From positions 56,544,001-56,608,000 of the forward strand of contig OZ024744.1 of assembly GCA_964016885.1 (NCBI GenBank): a stretch of DNA of 64,000 bases, written 5' to 3'. The notes under the pieces were generated by a model. That model was given only the letters and a program-made list of their open reading frames with translations, did no database searches and was not told the origin of the DNA. Below, piece after piece: positions 27,221 through 40,257 of the stretch; position 1 is the first letter of the stretch; every line of letters starts with the position of its first letter. The DNA is from Eledone cirrhosa (lineage: Eukaryota). Made by a program: the position numbers and the translations under genes.

Positions 27221-28766
27221 ATATATATATAGAGAGAGAGAGAGAAAGAGAGAGAGAGGAAGAGGGAGAGGTAGAGAGAGAGAGATAGAGAGAGAGGAGA
27301 AGAGAGAGAGAAGTAGAGAGAGAAAGAGGTGCATGCACACACACAATTCACACCTTTTCTCATGAAAATATCTGAAAAATCATCAAGTGATTTGATTGTA
27401 TGAAAGATTAACTCTTTCAATACAATTTTGATACCAAACCACCTGAAATCATCCCTGGTTCTACACTAGTAAACTGTTTCTCTTAGAGTGTTATATTTAT
27501 CTAAACACCTGTCATCATAATTTATGTAAGAACCTTATATTAAGTTATGTTTGAAATGCCATCTTAATAGCAAGACAATTTAGTCATATTACTAAAGCTC
27601 TCTAATTTCTTGATTATTTTCAAAAGGATTTAAGAACCATAGGCAGTGTCTTCCATTAGAAATATGGCAATAAAACATCTTCCATCATAATTTTATGTAT
27701 AAACCTATAACAAGGACACTGGGTTGTATGAATATACCAGGAGACTCGGTTGAATGTACAATATTTATTTAACAAGGTTGAGCTATGTAGAGCAGAATAG
27801 TTGACATGCCAAAAGAGATGAAAGGATGAATTAAAGTTATTTGTTACCGTTTTGAAGTCATCGCACATTAGACCAAGAGGTTAAAAGAGTGGGAGATAGC
27901 TTTCAGCTATCTCCTTTATAGGGTCACAGGACGGAAGTGACAAAGAAGGTTCTGCTACCTCAACGGGAAGTAACTCCAGCTACTTCCTGTCTAGAGAGCG
28001 CTACTGATGATGTGATCGTCACAACAAGGGAGGCAACTCTTGCTACAAACCTTTATGTTCCAAACACTAAAGTAATAATAAGAAATTTAGTTATATTATT
28101 AAATACTTCCAAACTCTTTATTATTTTCATTAGAAATATGGTAAAGAAAGGGTTAAGATATTTTTGTTAGTGAAATATTTTACTTTGTAATTTGATCATC
28201 AGCCATCGCACTATATATTCTGAAAATATAATTGACATGTCAAGACGTGCACCTGGACATAGCTAGGTAGGTAACTTGATAACTCATTGTAACTTCAGCA
28301 TCATTTACTTTCAGAAAAACAAAATCAACTTGTTTGTTATGCATCGGAATTAACAGTCGCTAATGAAGTATCCCAGCTATAATGAAAACAGATTATATAG
28401 TTCTATTCCACATTAAGCTGGTATCTTATTAATTAAGTTGCATTGCACATGTTGGAGTTGAAGAAATCCTTAAGAAAGCTTAGAGATATCCTTAGTGCTC
28501 ACCAGATTAGAATGTTGGAATCTATCAAAGTCATTTTCGAGGTTGATGAATGCTAGGTACAGAAGAAGCTTACTTCTACCAAAATATGTCTTTTGTAGTT
28601 GTCTCACAAGGAAGATGGCATCAGTAGTACCTTGTCTTGATACAAGGCCAAACTGTATCTCATTAAAGGCTAAATCTGTTCTAAATAAATTTTGCTCTAC
28701 TTCTTTCCACAGTTTTCATAACCTGATTCAATAATTTGATACTTCTGTAATTGCCTTTCCCTAATG

Positions 28767-28936
28767 CAGGGTTTCCCAACTTTTTCAAACACAGAACCCT
28801 TTTTGGTACAGAAACCCCAAAGTCTAATACTGTTATGGTCATAATATTAATATATGCCTCTACATTTTTTCACGGAACCCCAAAAACTCCTTTGTGGAAA
28901 CCTTAGGTTCTGTGGAACCCACTTTGGGAACCACTG
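28767..28936. mobile_element. hAT-type MITE
   Basis: TIR cagggtttcccaa / ttgggaaccactg; 8-bp TSD ccctaatg / cactaatg (7/8). Confidence 0.8.
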
Positions 28937-29098
28937 CACTAATGCATCATATTTGCTTGTGTAGAATTTGTGCTTGGTGGTTTAAATAAAAAAAAAAACA
29001 GATGTACAATTTGTGGTTAAATAAGACATGATGGTAAAATATGCTCAGATAGATGACTATATTAAACATTTATGAGCATTTTGTTTTTATATTCTTAT

Positions 29099-29320
29099 GT
29101 GTGTCAACACACTGCCAGTGTGGGGGGTATAAGTGTGTGGTGGAGGGATGAAACTAGTGATCTACATCAAGGTGTGAGGCCTATAATACTGTGATGCTGT
29201 GAAGTGAATCTGTGACTCTGTCAACACACTGCCAGTGTGGTTGTGTGGGGGAGGGATGAAACTAGTGATCTACATCAAGGTTTGAGACCTGTAACAGTGT
29301 TATGGTGTGGATGTGGAGTG
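29099..29320. repeat. Diverged ~118-bp tandem duplication
   Basis: tgtcaacacactgccagtgtgg...gagggatgaaactagtgatctacatcaagg occurs twice. Confidence 0.8.
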
Positions 29321-30229
29321 TGTCTGTGTCACCATCAGATGTGGATGTTTGGTAGAGAGGCCTATACTATTTTAATGGTGATGTAAACATTTCAAATTAT
29401 TAGATTCTTCGCGTCTCATAGCTATTGAATTTATCAAACTCCTCTATTTATATTCAGTTTTACTCCTGTTCAAGAAGTTCAGCTCTTGTAAGAAAACAAA
29501 TGACGAAAACAAAACAGAGCACAGCAAACCACAAAAATAACAAAAACAAAGAAAGGCTGCTTGCATTATTTTCTTAGGTAAAAGAAAGAGCCATTACATT
29601 GTAGCTTGATAGCAATCAATCTCCTTCAAACAAGACCCTACTGCTCTAAAAAGCAATTGGTCACATTTGTATCATATAGCACAAGTTACACAGTTGAAAA
29701 AAAAAAGATGGAATGGTCATTTCTTGAATGTCTTTGATCATATGTCGATTCAATCATGTTTTTATTAAGGGCTAATTATTTTACTTGTTGGCAGAGCTGT
29801 TCTACTAAAGAATGGGTCACAGGTGGTGAATAACAATATGGCCAACAGTTTTTGTGGTTAGTTGTGATATAAGTGGGCTCCTGCTGGATGAATAAGCAAC
29901 TCCAGACCAACAGTGGTACACTATTAGGGGAAATGGAGCAATGGGTGAAACTGTTAGCTCCCAAGAAAACTCTCTTGCGGGTCTGAGGAAAGTACCAAAT
30001 TGGTGCTTGGTGATAAATAAGATCATCAAAACACTGCAATATGGCCTGAAACATCTGGCATCCATACAGCACCATCCTTCATGCGAATAACAAGGGACAT
30101 GATCAAGTCTTGGGGGGTGAGGTGGGGGCTGTTTGAAAAATATATTGCTGTCTCCATCCAACACTGCAAGAACTGACGATGAGCCTGTGGCCTGTCCTTG
30201 AAGGTATGGGATTGAGGCACAAAGATTAT

Positions 30230-32782
30230 GTATCCCAAGACCCTAAAGAGGAAGGGAGAAAACTTTGATATTTGGTAACTGGAATGCTACAACCCTTTCA
30301 GACAAGAAGCAGCAACTAGTGGCAGAGGCCAGAAGCTACCAACTAGATATAGTCAGAATTTCCTTAACAAAGTTCCATGGCCCTAGTCCTGTAGATTTGG
30401 ATGGAAGATAGAAACTCCACTATTCAGGTGTGGTGCCAGAAAAGACTGCGCAGGTATGTGAAATGAGTAGAAAGGAGTAATTGGAAGGAACGGCGACCTC
30501 AATCTAAATATGAATGGAAAGGCCCAATTAGACTTTTGTTCTAGTAATGGACTCTCTATTAATATACCTTTCTCTAGACACCCATAAATATTCATCATAT
30601 AAAGGGAATCTGAGACTGTGATCAATAATTGATTTTGTTATTCTTTCTGATCTCCTTGATTCTGAGTTGGATGTTTATATTAAGAGAGTGGTTGAGCTGT
30701 TAACTGATCACCATCCAGTTATCTGCAAACTAAGACTACCTAAAGCCAAAGAAGCCCATAAAACTGACAGGTTCAGGTCAACCTACAGGATAAATTGGAG
30801 GAAAGTCAGGAACAAGAATGCAGATACTATTGCGTCCAAATTCAGAGAACTCACTGAGCAAACTGAGGAAGTTGAAACAGTGTGGAGACTTCAACTCAGC
30901 AGTTTCTGCTTCAGCTGTTAAATGCTGCAAGCAAGAATGGTTTAATGTGACATCAGGTTGCAGGAGGACCCTTTGGTTCAATAAAGCAGTCAAAGAGGCC
31001 ATCCGAGCAAGGAAACTTGGAAATAAGTCCTCTTTCTTGCACTTGCACTATAAGGTGGTGCGAAAAGTCGCAACAGAGATAATAAAAGCATTCAGAGTGC
31101 AAGGTCTTTTAGGTTAAGCTGGAATCCAACTTCAGATCAGCAAATAAAGTGTTCTTGCAGACCATCTGATGACTTCATAATAAGAAGTCCTCCTCAAAAC
31201 CTGCTATCATGAAGGCATTTGGGGTTTTCTCTTCAGAGAGGTGCATCCTCATGAAGTGGAGGATATATTTTACTGATTTCCTAAATTTGGTCACAATAGC
31301 ATCTGATTTACACACGGTACATCTGGGAGTGGTGACTAATCTCTCAGAGGCTGAGATCACAATAGCAAATAAGGAGCTCAAATGTGGCTAGGCTGCTGAA
31401 ATTAAGTCTGAGATGTTAAATGCCTTAAATAAAGAAGGTATTCTCTGGCTGACTCATATATGCTGGGTGACCTGGATCTCTGGAAAGGCATTTAAGCAAT
31501 GGCAATTAGGAGTGATAATCCGAATTTTCAAAAAGGGAGACAAGAGAGATTGTTCTAATTAAGCCTTCCTGGTAAAGTTTATGCTAAGTGTCTGGCAAAG
31601 AGATGTAAGGAGGTTGTTGAGTCGAAGCTAACTGATGAACAGTGCGGTTTTCTCCTCGGATGCAGCAAGGCCGACCAATTGTTCACATTGTGACAGGTTT
31701 TTGAGAAATCATGGGGGTATTTCCAGGAGGTGTATGTTTGTTTTGTAGACCTTGAAAAGGTAGACAACCACATTCCATAGGACCTGTTGTGGAAGGTTAT
31801 GCAGGAGTATGAGATTAATAGACAGCTTCTGGTTGTCCAGAAGTCTCTAGACAAATGTCCTCACATTTGTGTTAGGATAAACGGTGCTAAGTTGAAACCC
31901 TTCAATGTGGGTGTCAGACTTTACCAAGGGTGCATTCTGTCACCTCTGCTGCTCACCATCTTCATGAACAGGATTGATATGTGCAGCTGGGCTGGAAATG
32001 GTATTAAAACTGACTGTTGTAGGATCAGTCGGCTGGAATTTGTGGACATGGTACTACTTAACTCCTCAGAATGTGATCACCGAAATGCACTGGATATGTT
32101 TGCTGCTGAATGCTGCATGTCAGGTATGAAAATTGGTACTGTGAAGATTGAGACACTTGTCCTTTCAAGAGGGCTTGCACAGTGTACTCTACATGTGAGT
32201 AGAGTTCCACAGAAACAGGTGGAGAAGTTCAAGTATATTGAGGAGTTGGTGCAATAATGAGCCAGCTTCAGCATTTGGTCATCAGAAGAAGGGAAGTAGA
32301 TGAAAAAGCTAAACTTGTTATCTACAATATTCATGCCAACCCTTATCTATGGTCATGGTAATCTTATGTAATAATCAAAAGAATTTATTTGTGAATGCAA
32401 GCGGCCAAAAAGGTGTTTCCTTGAAGTCTTTGGAGTAAGGTTACTTGATAGAGTGCAGAGCTTGGGGATAAGAGAGTCACTCCAGGTAGAGCCACTACTT
32501 TTCTGAATTGAGAGATCACAGCTCCGATGCTATGGACATGTGCTTAAAATGTCTCAGGAAAGAATCACTGGACAGATTTTACAGGCAAAACTAACTGGCA
32601 GGAGACCCAAGGGTAGACCCTGAGCAAGATGGTTGGATAACATCCATGACCTGAGCTGCTCTTGTTTGGGGATCCAGCCAGATCAATTGGAGATGTTTCT
32701 GACAAGAAGCGCTGGAAGGAGTGTTTCAGGACTCTGCCCCAACAACCCTCTCAAGAAGAAGAAGAAGAAGGAGAAGGAGAAG

Positions 32783-32814
<32 letters not shown>

Positions 32815-32830
32815 GAAGAAGAAGGAGGAG
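30230..32830 (+). mobile_element. Degenerate near full-length RTE family B LINE with (GAA)n tail
   Basis: APE start FGNWNATTL...LDIV, TDHHPV, FVDLEK, QGCILSPLL, FKYI, RPKGRP; tail from ~32753. Confidence 0.85.
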
Positions 32831-32848
32831 GAGGAGGAGAAGGGGAGA

Positions 32849-32914
<66 letters not shown>
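32849..32914. repeat. (TAA)n microsatellite
   Basis: Direct observation. Confidence 0.95.
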
Positions 32915-32916
<2 letters not shown>

Positions 32917-32989
32917 TAATTTCATTCTTAAGCCACGCAATGCTCACATTAAGGAACCACTCATGATAATAATAATTTAAAAAAACAAC

Positions 32990-35900
32990 AAAAAGAAAAC
33001 CCTGTGACCAAGAAATACCGGGATGGCGGCCGGCGGGGAATAGCCGTGTCTCTAGGGGAGAACGACCCCTCTAGTCTTGGTTGACACTCATGAGATTTTA
33101 TCATACCGATCCGGTATGATAAAATCTCATACCGGATCGGCCGTCACCCGGGTAAAAAAGGGCCGTGTCTCTCAGAGAGGAACCAGACTGGGGTCGAAAA
33201 ATCAGCTAATGGTTCAAACCTTCCCATCACTTCGGAGCTAGAGACCTCCCATAACCGGAATACTCCTACTGTTGGCCCTCCATGCTCACCACCAAGAAAT
33301 CCAAAGAAAAAGAGAGAAAAATGGTCAAGGGAAGACAATAAAGAAGTCCTTGAGGCTTTCTACACTGCCATGTACTACCCATCAAATACATCGAATACAA
33401 AACAGACATATATCAACTGGAAAAAGAAACATCCCAAAAACAGAGGCTATATTGACAGTAACAAACTAGCCAATATACGAAGAAATATTGTAAAAAAAGA
33501 GTTACAAACTGATATAGAAATTGATCAGATCAAGCTATTAGCACAAAGTCAGCGAAGGGAAAATGAAACATGTGTCAGTGAAAACGAGGTAAATTGTAAC
33601 ACTTTGAATCCCAGGGTTGGGGCGGAATCACTGGCAACAGAACAAATTAAAGAAAGGATCGAAAAAGTGGAGGGAGTGCATGCTCAAGATGAAACTCAAA
33701 ATGAAAATAATGAGATCGTAAATGATAAAGAAATGAATGAGAATGAACTTGCCAACTTGAAGGATGAAATTATGATCGAATGGAGGAAAATGAAAGAATC
33801 TGACATGGGGAAATGAGACACCCTCCCTAAGATCCAGAACTCCAAACAGAACCAAAAGATAATACACAAGACTAACATAATTCTCAAAAACATTATCATC
33901 ACAAACAAACTAAACATTACTGATTTAAATCATCTCTATTATGCATCGGCTAAAGTCACCACTCACTTATGTGGAGTGAAGATGAAAAAACAAAGGAATT
34001 CCCACAAGAAATCTACTTGGCAAGAGAACATCAATCGCCAAATAAACCTTCTCCGATCTGACATAGAAATTTTAACAAACTATAAAGTAGGTGAACATGT
34101 TAAACAAACTAAACTTAGAAAATTGAAAAGAAAGTATAGTATAAAATCAACAAGTGACATAGACATGCTGATAGAAATAATCAAGCAAAAAGTGTCGGCC
34201 AAAGCTGCTCGTATAAGGCGCTTTGAAAAACGATCTAGATTCTATAAGGACAATAATATGTTCAAAAACAACCAAAGAAACTTCTACAGAAAAATTGGTA
34301 AGTCAACAATAACTGCTAAATCAATACCACCCAAGGAGGAAGTGCAAGAATTCTGGGAAAAGATCTGGGCCGAAGAAAAAGTTCATAACATACATGCCCC
34401 ATGGATAGACAGACAAATGAAAGAACAAATATGGGAAAACATAACAGTTGAACAGTTGCACTTGGCTCTAAGAAAAACCAGCAAATGGAAATCCCCAGGA
34501 AAAGACAAAATACAAAATTTTTGGATAAATGCCTTCACAGAGTCTCATGAGCTGTTAGCCCAACTTTACAATGAAATAGTTAAGGAGCCAGAAAAGATAC
34601 CATCATGGCTAGTTAACGGCATTACATTCCTGCTTCCGAAGAATGATGAGACAAACAATCCCAAAAATTACAGATCGATAACTTGCTTGACCACAATGTA
34701 TAAAATTTTAACATCAGTCCTAACTGAATACACATATGACCACCTGATAACAAATGACCTATTTCCCATTGAGCAGAAAGGGTGTAAACGAGGCTCATAT
34801 GGCTGTAAGGATCAGCTTTTGGTTAACAAAATGATACTGGAAGATTGTCATAATAGACACAAAAATCTATCAATTGCTTGGATAGATTATAAAAAAGCAT
34901 TCAATAGTTTTCCACACAGTTGGATTGAAAAAAGTTTAGAGATTTTCAAAATATCCCCCATTGTTAGGAGGTTTTTGTCATTCAGTATGAAGACATGGAA
35001 AACGAGACTCCTTTTGAATAGTGAAACAAAATCACTGGAAGCTGGAGAAGTTAATATTAATTGTGGAATTTTTCAGGGTGACTCTTTATCACCACTTTTA
35101 TTCTGCATCGCACTTATACCATTAAGTAAAATGCTCAATGAAACAAAACATGGATATAGAGTCTATGACAAAACCATTAATCACTTGTTCTACATGGATG
35201 ACCTGAAACTATTTGCAAAAAATGATGAACAATTGCAAGGGCTATTATCCACTGTGGAGCAGTTCAGTGATGACATTAAAATGGAGTTTGGACTAGATAA
35301 ATGCGCCAAAGCAACGTTCACCAGAGGAAAGCTGCTGAAGAGTTCAGACATTAATCTTGACCGGGGGAACGTGATAAGAGAACTTGATCAAGAAAAAACT
35401 TACAAATATCTAGGTGTTTGTGAAGGAGACGGAATCAAGCACTCGACAATGAGGGAAAGGATAAGGAAGGAATGTTACCGCAGAGTAAGAGCAATCTTAA
35501 GAACGGAATTGAATGCAAGGAATAGGATCGATGCCATAAACACGCTTGCCATACCAGTAGTAACCTACAGTTACAATGTCATCAACTGGTCAAGCACAGA
35601 GATCCGTAGGCTCGATACAAAAATTCGAAAATTCTTAACCATGCACAGAATGCATCACCCTAAGGCAGATATAGATAGAATATATCTCCCTAGGAAAGAA
35701 GGAGGATGTGGGTTAGTCCAGTTAGACATTGCGTTGAAAACTGCAACAATTGGATTATCTACATATCTAAGGGAATCACATGATTGGATGATCAAACTCG
35801 TTTTTAAACACGAAAGCATCAAAAGATCATATTCCATTACAAAAGATGCACAAAGATACAGTAATGGACTACAAATTTCAGAAGTCCCATTTACTGCTGA

Positions 35901-36885
35901 AATGGAAAACACAGAAAAAGCAAAGCAGGTAAAAGTAACTGCAAAGAAAGAACTGCTACAGAAACTGGCTAAGAAATGGCAAGAAAAGCCTCTGTATGGA
36001 AAATACCCAGAACGAGCTAACAATCCTGATGTTGACAAAACTTTAACCCATCAGTGGTTGGCATCCTCTGGACTGAAATCGGAGACTGAAGGACTGACTA
36101 TATCAGCACAAGATCAGTGTCTGCCAACAAAAAATTACCAACCCAACATAATAAAAAATGGATGCAGCCCATTATGCCGTGTATGCAAAAAACAACCAGA
36201 GACCATTGACCATATAATTTCAATGTGCAATCATATAGCTCCAACCGAATACCTAAACAGGCATGACAGAGCTGCACAATACATACATTGGATAATGTGT
36301 AAGGATTTTGACCTGCCCCATCAAAAGAATTGGTGGGAGCATCAACCACCTCCCATACTTGAAAAAGATCACATCTCAATCTTGTGGAACTTTAGCATCC
36401 AAACAGACCGAAAAATAAATGCAAATAGACCTGATATAATATTGAAGGACTTTAAAAAGAGGGTATGCCTGCTAATTGATATGTCCGTTCCAATAGACAA
36501 GAATGTATCTATAAAAACATTTGAAAAATTGAGCAAGTATAAGGACCTGGAGATAGAAATTGGAAAAATGTGGAAATTGAGAACTAAAACAATACCAGTG
36601 GTTGTAGGTGCTCTGGGAATGATACCTAAGGGGTCTAATGATTACTTATCGCAAATCCCAGCAAACCCGCGTATAGGAGAAATACAAAAGATAGTACTAA
36701 TGGGAACTGCCCATATACTAAGGAAGATTCTGTCAATATAAGTACATCACAAGTCTAAACACTAAAGATGCATGTGTGAGTATGTATGTTCTTTCTTGAA
36801 CATGGCGGACCTTGTTGTCTCTTGAGGTCACTGGTTGTGACTTGGTGATAACTCGTATGAACATAAAGCAAGATAAATGCAACTG
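32990..36885 (+). mobile_element. Near full-length R4/Dong non-LTR retrotransposon in (TAA)n
   Basis: GC-rich structured leader, single long reading frame, short 3' UTR running into (TAA)n at 36886-36911. Confidence 0.93.
33094..36741 (+). pseudogene. Dong ORF (Myb-like, RT, CCHC, PD-(D/E)xK RLE) with one in-frame TGA at 33814-33816
   Basis: ORFs 33370-33816 and 33976-36741 share a frame that is open either side of one TGA. Motifs REKWSREDN...FY, GIFQGDSLSP, LFYMDDLKL, CRVC..ETIDHIISMC, RHD, RPDIIL...IDMSVP...EKLSKY. Confidence 0.9.
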
Positions 36886-36911
36886 TAATAATAATAATAA
36901 TAATAATAATA

Positions 36912-37147
36912 GTCAAAGTGATCCTGATTGTCATAGGCGCACTAGGGACTATCTCAAAAAGTTTCCAGGGATGGTTAAAGAAAATTGGCCCCTTCACGCT
37001 TTTTGGAACGCTTCCAAACGCATGCTTGCTGGGAACAGCAAGAACCCTCCGATACGTCCTGAATATCTGAGGCTGCAGGTAGTGGCTTGATATTCATCTC
37101 AACAAACTTTCCAGTTAACTAACATCAATGACTGAGACTCAAAGAGT
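36912..37147 (+). mobile_element. Short 3' end of another Dong family between TAA tracts
   Basis: VKVILIVIGALGTISK...ACLLGTARTLRYVLNI*, then UTR, then (TAA)n at ~37148-37197. Confidence 0.8.
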
Positions 37148-37156
37148 AATAACAAC

Positions 37157-37197
<41 letters not shown>

Positions 37198-37384
37198 GAA
37201 GAAGAAAACAGAAGAATTTACTCAATTAAATCCCTAGGTGTGAAACATTTAAACCTCTTTATAGCCTCCATTGAGGGATCCAAACACATTTATATGATAT
37301 CTTAGAGATTAATTTGAATGTTGGATATTTAGTTTTGGCACTCTGAGTTCAAATCTTGTTGAAGTCCACTTTGAGATCCCTTTT

Positions 37385-37795
37385 GTCTTTCGTATTAACC
37401 CTGCGAAGTGTGCTTTTGGCGTTTCTTCACTGATCTTTTTGGGCCACGTGATTAGCTCTGAAGGAATATCCTCACTTCCTGAGAAAGTGAAGGCTCTTCA
37501 GGAACTCCCTCTGCTGACTTCCTTGCGACAGCTGCGGCAGTTCCTGGGCCTCCTAAATTATTATCACCGGTTTATTCCGCATTACACAGAACTCTTAGCT
37601 GCATTATCTGATCTCCTGCGTAACAGAAAGAAGAAAAATGAACCAATCGCTTTGGGGTCATGCAGCTCGAGGCATTCTCCAAAGCTAAACAGAATTTAGC
37701 AAACGCATCTCTGCTTGTATACCCTGTGTCTGGTGTCCAGTTTTCGCTGATTGTGGATGCATCAAGCACAGCAGTAGATGCAGTATTGCAACAGC
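37385..37795 (+). mobile_element. Gypsy pol fragment (RT C-terminus and start of RNase H)
   Basis: INPAKCAFG...FLGHVIS, LRQFLGLLNYYHRFIP, AF..AK..L, VDASSTAV.AVLQQ. Confidence 0.88.
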
Positions 37796-38425
37796 ATCAC
37801 GTCGTGGGTCAACAATTTGTAGTGGATAAATGTATTCTTTTGTGGATGAATGATAAAAAGAATAATGCCAGAATTGTGATGTCGACAATGTTTATTTTAC
37901 AATAACAATATTCACTTGTTGGTACATTGAGGATCAAGTAATAAACATGTGGCAGCAATTATCACTACATTATTTGCTGGCTAGCTACTTAGAGCTAGCA
38001 TGTATGCATGTATCAATACAACAATATAATAGCTGTGAAATAACAGGAAGATAAAAGATTAGTGAAAAACATAAGTAAACCTACTGCGTGTGTGTTTATG
38101 TTTGTCTATCCTGTCGTTGGTCAAATTTGCCGTAGTAGTAGTAGTAGATCTGTCAGGCTGGTATGAAATGTGAGAACATAGCAAACAGACTGGTTTTTCG
38201 TGAAGAGAAATTTCACAGTGTTAGTAGAACCTTCTTCCTTTGGTGACCCCATTGTGATCAGAAGGCTGCATGTTCAGATCACGCCAGGGCCACCAATTTG
38301 TAGTGGATAAATGTATTCTTTTGTGGATGAATGATAAAAAGAATAATGCCAGAATTGTTATTGTAAAATAAACATTGTCTACATCACAATTCTGGCATTA
38401 TTCTTTTTATCATTCATCCACTACA
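37796..38425 (-). mobile_element. Rearranged LTR ends, each followed by a tRNA-Trp PBS
   Basis: Two copies of ...ttatccactaca-aat-PBS on the minus strand (LTR ends at 37818 and 38299); segment 38299-38425 has TGTAGTGGA...TCCACTACA termini. Confidence 0.78.
38256..38295 (+). pseudogene. Retro-copied 3' half of tRNA-Trp including CCA
   Basis: gatcagaaggctgcatgttcagatcacgccagggccacca vs canonical GATCAGAAGG(C/T)TGCGTGTTCAAATCACGTCGGGGTCACCA, about 35/40 by eye. Confidence 0.82.
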
Positions 38426-38744
38426 GTACTTTTGGGGTTGATAAAAAAAAGCACCATCTCAGTGCTAGCACAACCCTCATTCCTTCCAACTGTTACTTTC
38501 TGGATGTTCTGCTGAATCAAAGGCGGGAGATGGTGTCTGTGTCTGTTCACAACTGTTTGGGCACTTAAAACCCTTAGTGAAAGCATGGTACATACTTCCG
38601 TATCATACTTGATTGTGAGTGACAGCCATAGTTTCTTAAAGGAGAGGAAGAGCCAGAAAAAAATTACTTCAGCTCTGATTAATTGCTGACTCTTTGACAA
38701 AGCTCAAGTAAGAACCAAAAATAGAATGCTATTCCCTTATTATA

Positions 38745-38970
38745 GCAGAGTTTTGGCAGAGATTTTGGAGCATTGGAGAAGAATATTTAGCTTTCTGCAC
38801 TCTCAGTTCAAATCCTGCTAAAGTCATCTTTGCCTTTTTATCCTTTTAAGGTCAAGAAAATAAAGTATCACCTCATGGCAGTAGATTGGGAGAATTATTA
38901 GAGTATTGGACAAAATGATTTGCTGTATCTGTTCCATCACTTTGCAGTCTGAATTCAAATTCTGTTTAGG
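38745..38970 (+). mobile_element. Two diverged Meta-like SINE fragments
   Basis: B-box-like gttcaaatcc and tttgcctttttatcctt...taaagta. Confidence 0.55.
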
Positions 38971-39359
38971 AATACAAATCTCATTCATGGCCATATATAA
39001 TCATCTGCACATGGACCACAAGTCATTAGAAAAACTGCAATAGGGAGAGGAAGATTGTTGCTTCTATAGTTGACTGATGATGATGATGAGGATACAAGGC
39101 TAATCACTTGACCACAGAACCACAACTGATTATAAAATCTTCAATAGGTGGAGGAAGGTTATGGCTGTCTCTTATTACAGTCAAATGATAATGATGATGA
39201 TAAAGATGACGATGATGATCTAGAAAGTTGCTGTTGTTATACATAAAAACATTCCAGACCACATTAAAAAATAAGCCTGATTTTAAAGAACATTGGGCCA
39301 TAGCACTGTCTTTTCACCTGTTTCTTCTCAATTAGATAGCTGTGTAGAACATTTGTGAA

Positions 39360-39990
39360 CATTTCTGTATCTGGTGAATTAATTCTTAACACAAAATCAA
39401 ACTCTGATGCTAAAAAGTTTCTCAAACAGCTGAGAGACAATATAGGCCAGTTATACCCTACCACCATGTCCTTCCTAATGATGTTCATAAAGCAAAGTCT
39501 GTGTTCATTCGTTGCGATGAACAGTAAAAACCCCTTCAGTTACCCTATGTTGGACCAGACAGAGGGATTCACCCAGGGGACAAGTGATTTCCATTGATAA
39601 ATTGAAGATAGCCCATCTCAAAATTGACAGCCCAGTTGAAGTAGCTGGCCCACAAAACAGAGGCTGTCTTGGGCAAGTCACACAGACCCCTATCGATGCA
39701 CAGTCACCAAAGAACCAAATAACTATCACACGGTAGAGATAGTAAAAGCACCTTATCAGTTCCAATAACAATCAACAGTTCTGAGGGGGGAGTTATATAG
39801 AGCATTGCCTGCGAGCTTGTAGAGGATGAACTGTTGAGTGTGTTCATTTACTGCAGACCTGGTATTGAATTGAGGCAGCTGTAAATATTCTCAGCATGCA
39901 TGGCAATATGGCCAGACTTCAGAGGTTGACCTTTCATTCACATATCTGTCAATGTTCATTATTCATTAAATAATAATCCAACAAATCACA
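39360..39990 (+). mobile_element. Gypsy integrase C-terminus, PPT and probable 3' LTR remnant
   Basis: GELI...FLKQLRD, ISIDKLKIAHL..D.PVEVA.P..RG; PPT ctgaggggggagt at ~39781-39793. Confidence 0.65.
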
Positions 39991-40257
39991 GTTTGTTGTC
40001 AACGTTATTATGCTTATAGTTTAACTAAAGTTATAGCTGTATATTTGTATCTTTTTTATTTCTACTGTTGAGTCATGGAAGGATGGTCAGTGTCCATGAT
40101 CTTACTCAGGGTCTTGAAAAGAGGAGGGCGAGAAAAAAAAGAAGATATTCTCTGACAGCACACTTAGGTCAAATACTTGCAACAAACTAGATATTGATAA
40201 AAGTATCAAAGGACGGCTAGTGGTTTTATTTGGATCAAAATAGATTGTTGCTACACA

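Noticed and set aside
28000-28030. ctgatga followed by a tgtga/tcaca hairpin
   Set aside because: No GAAA after the stem, so not a hammerhead.
27408-28156. Possible TTAA-flanked piggyBac MITE ends
   Set aside because: Ends could not be paired confidently into one element.
33160-33216. HDV-like ribozyme in the Dong leader (gaacca...gctaa-tggttc)
   Set aside because: P1, P1.1 and L3 could not be assembled by eye.
33814-33816. TGA as selenocysteine or programmed readthrough
   Set aside because: No SECIS recognised; a single substitution from an Arg codon is simpler.
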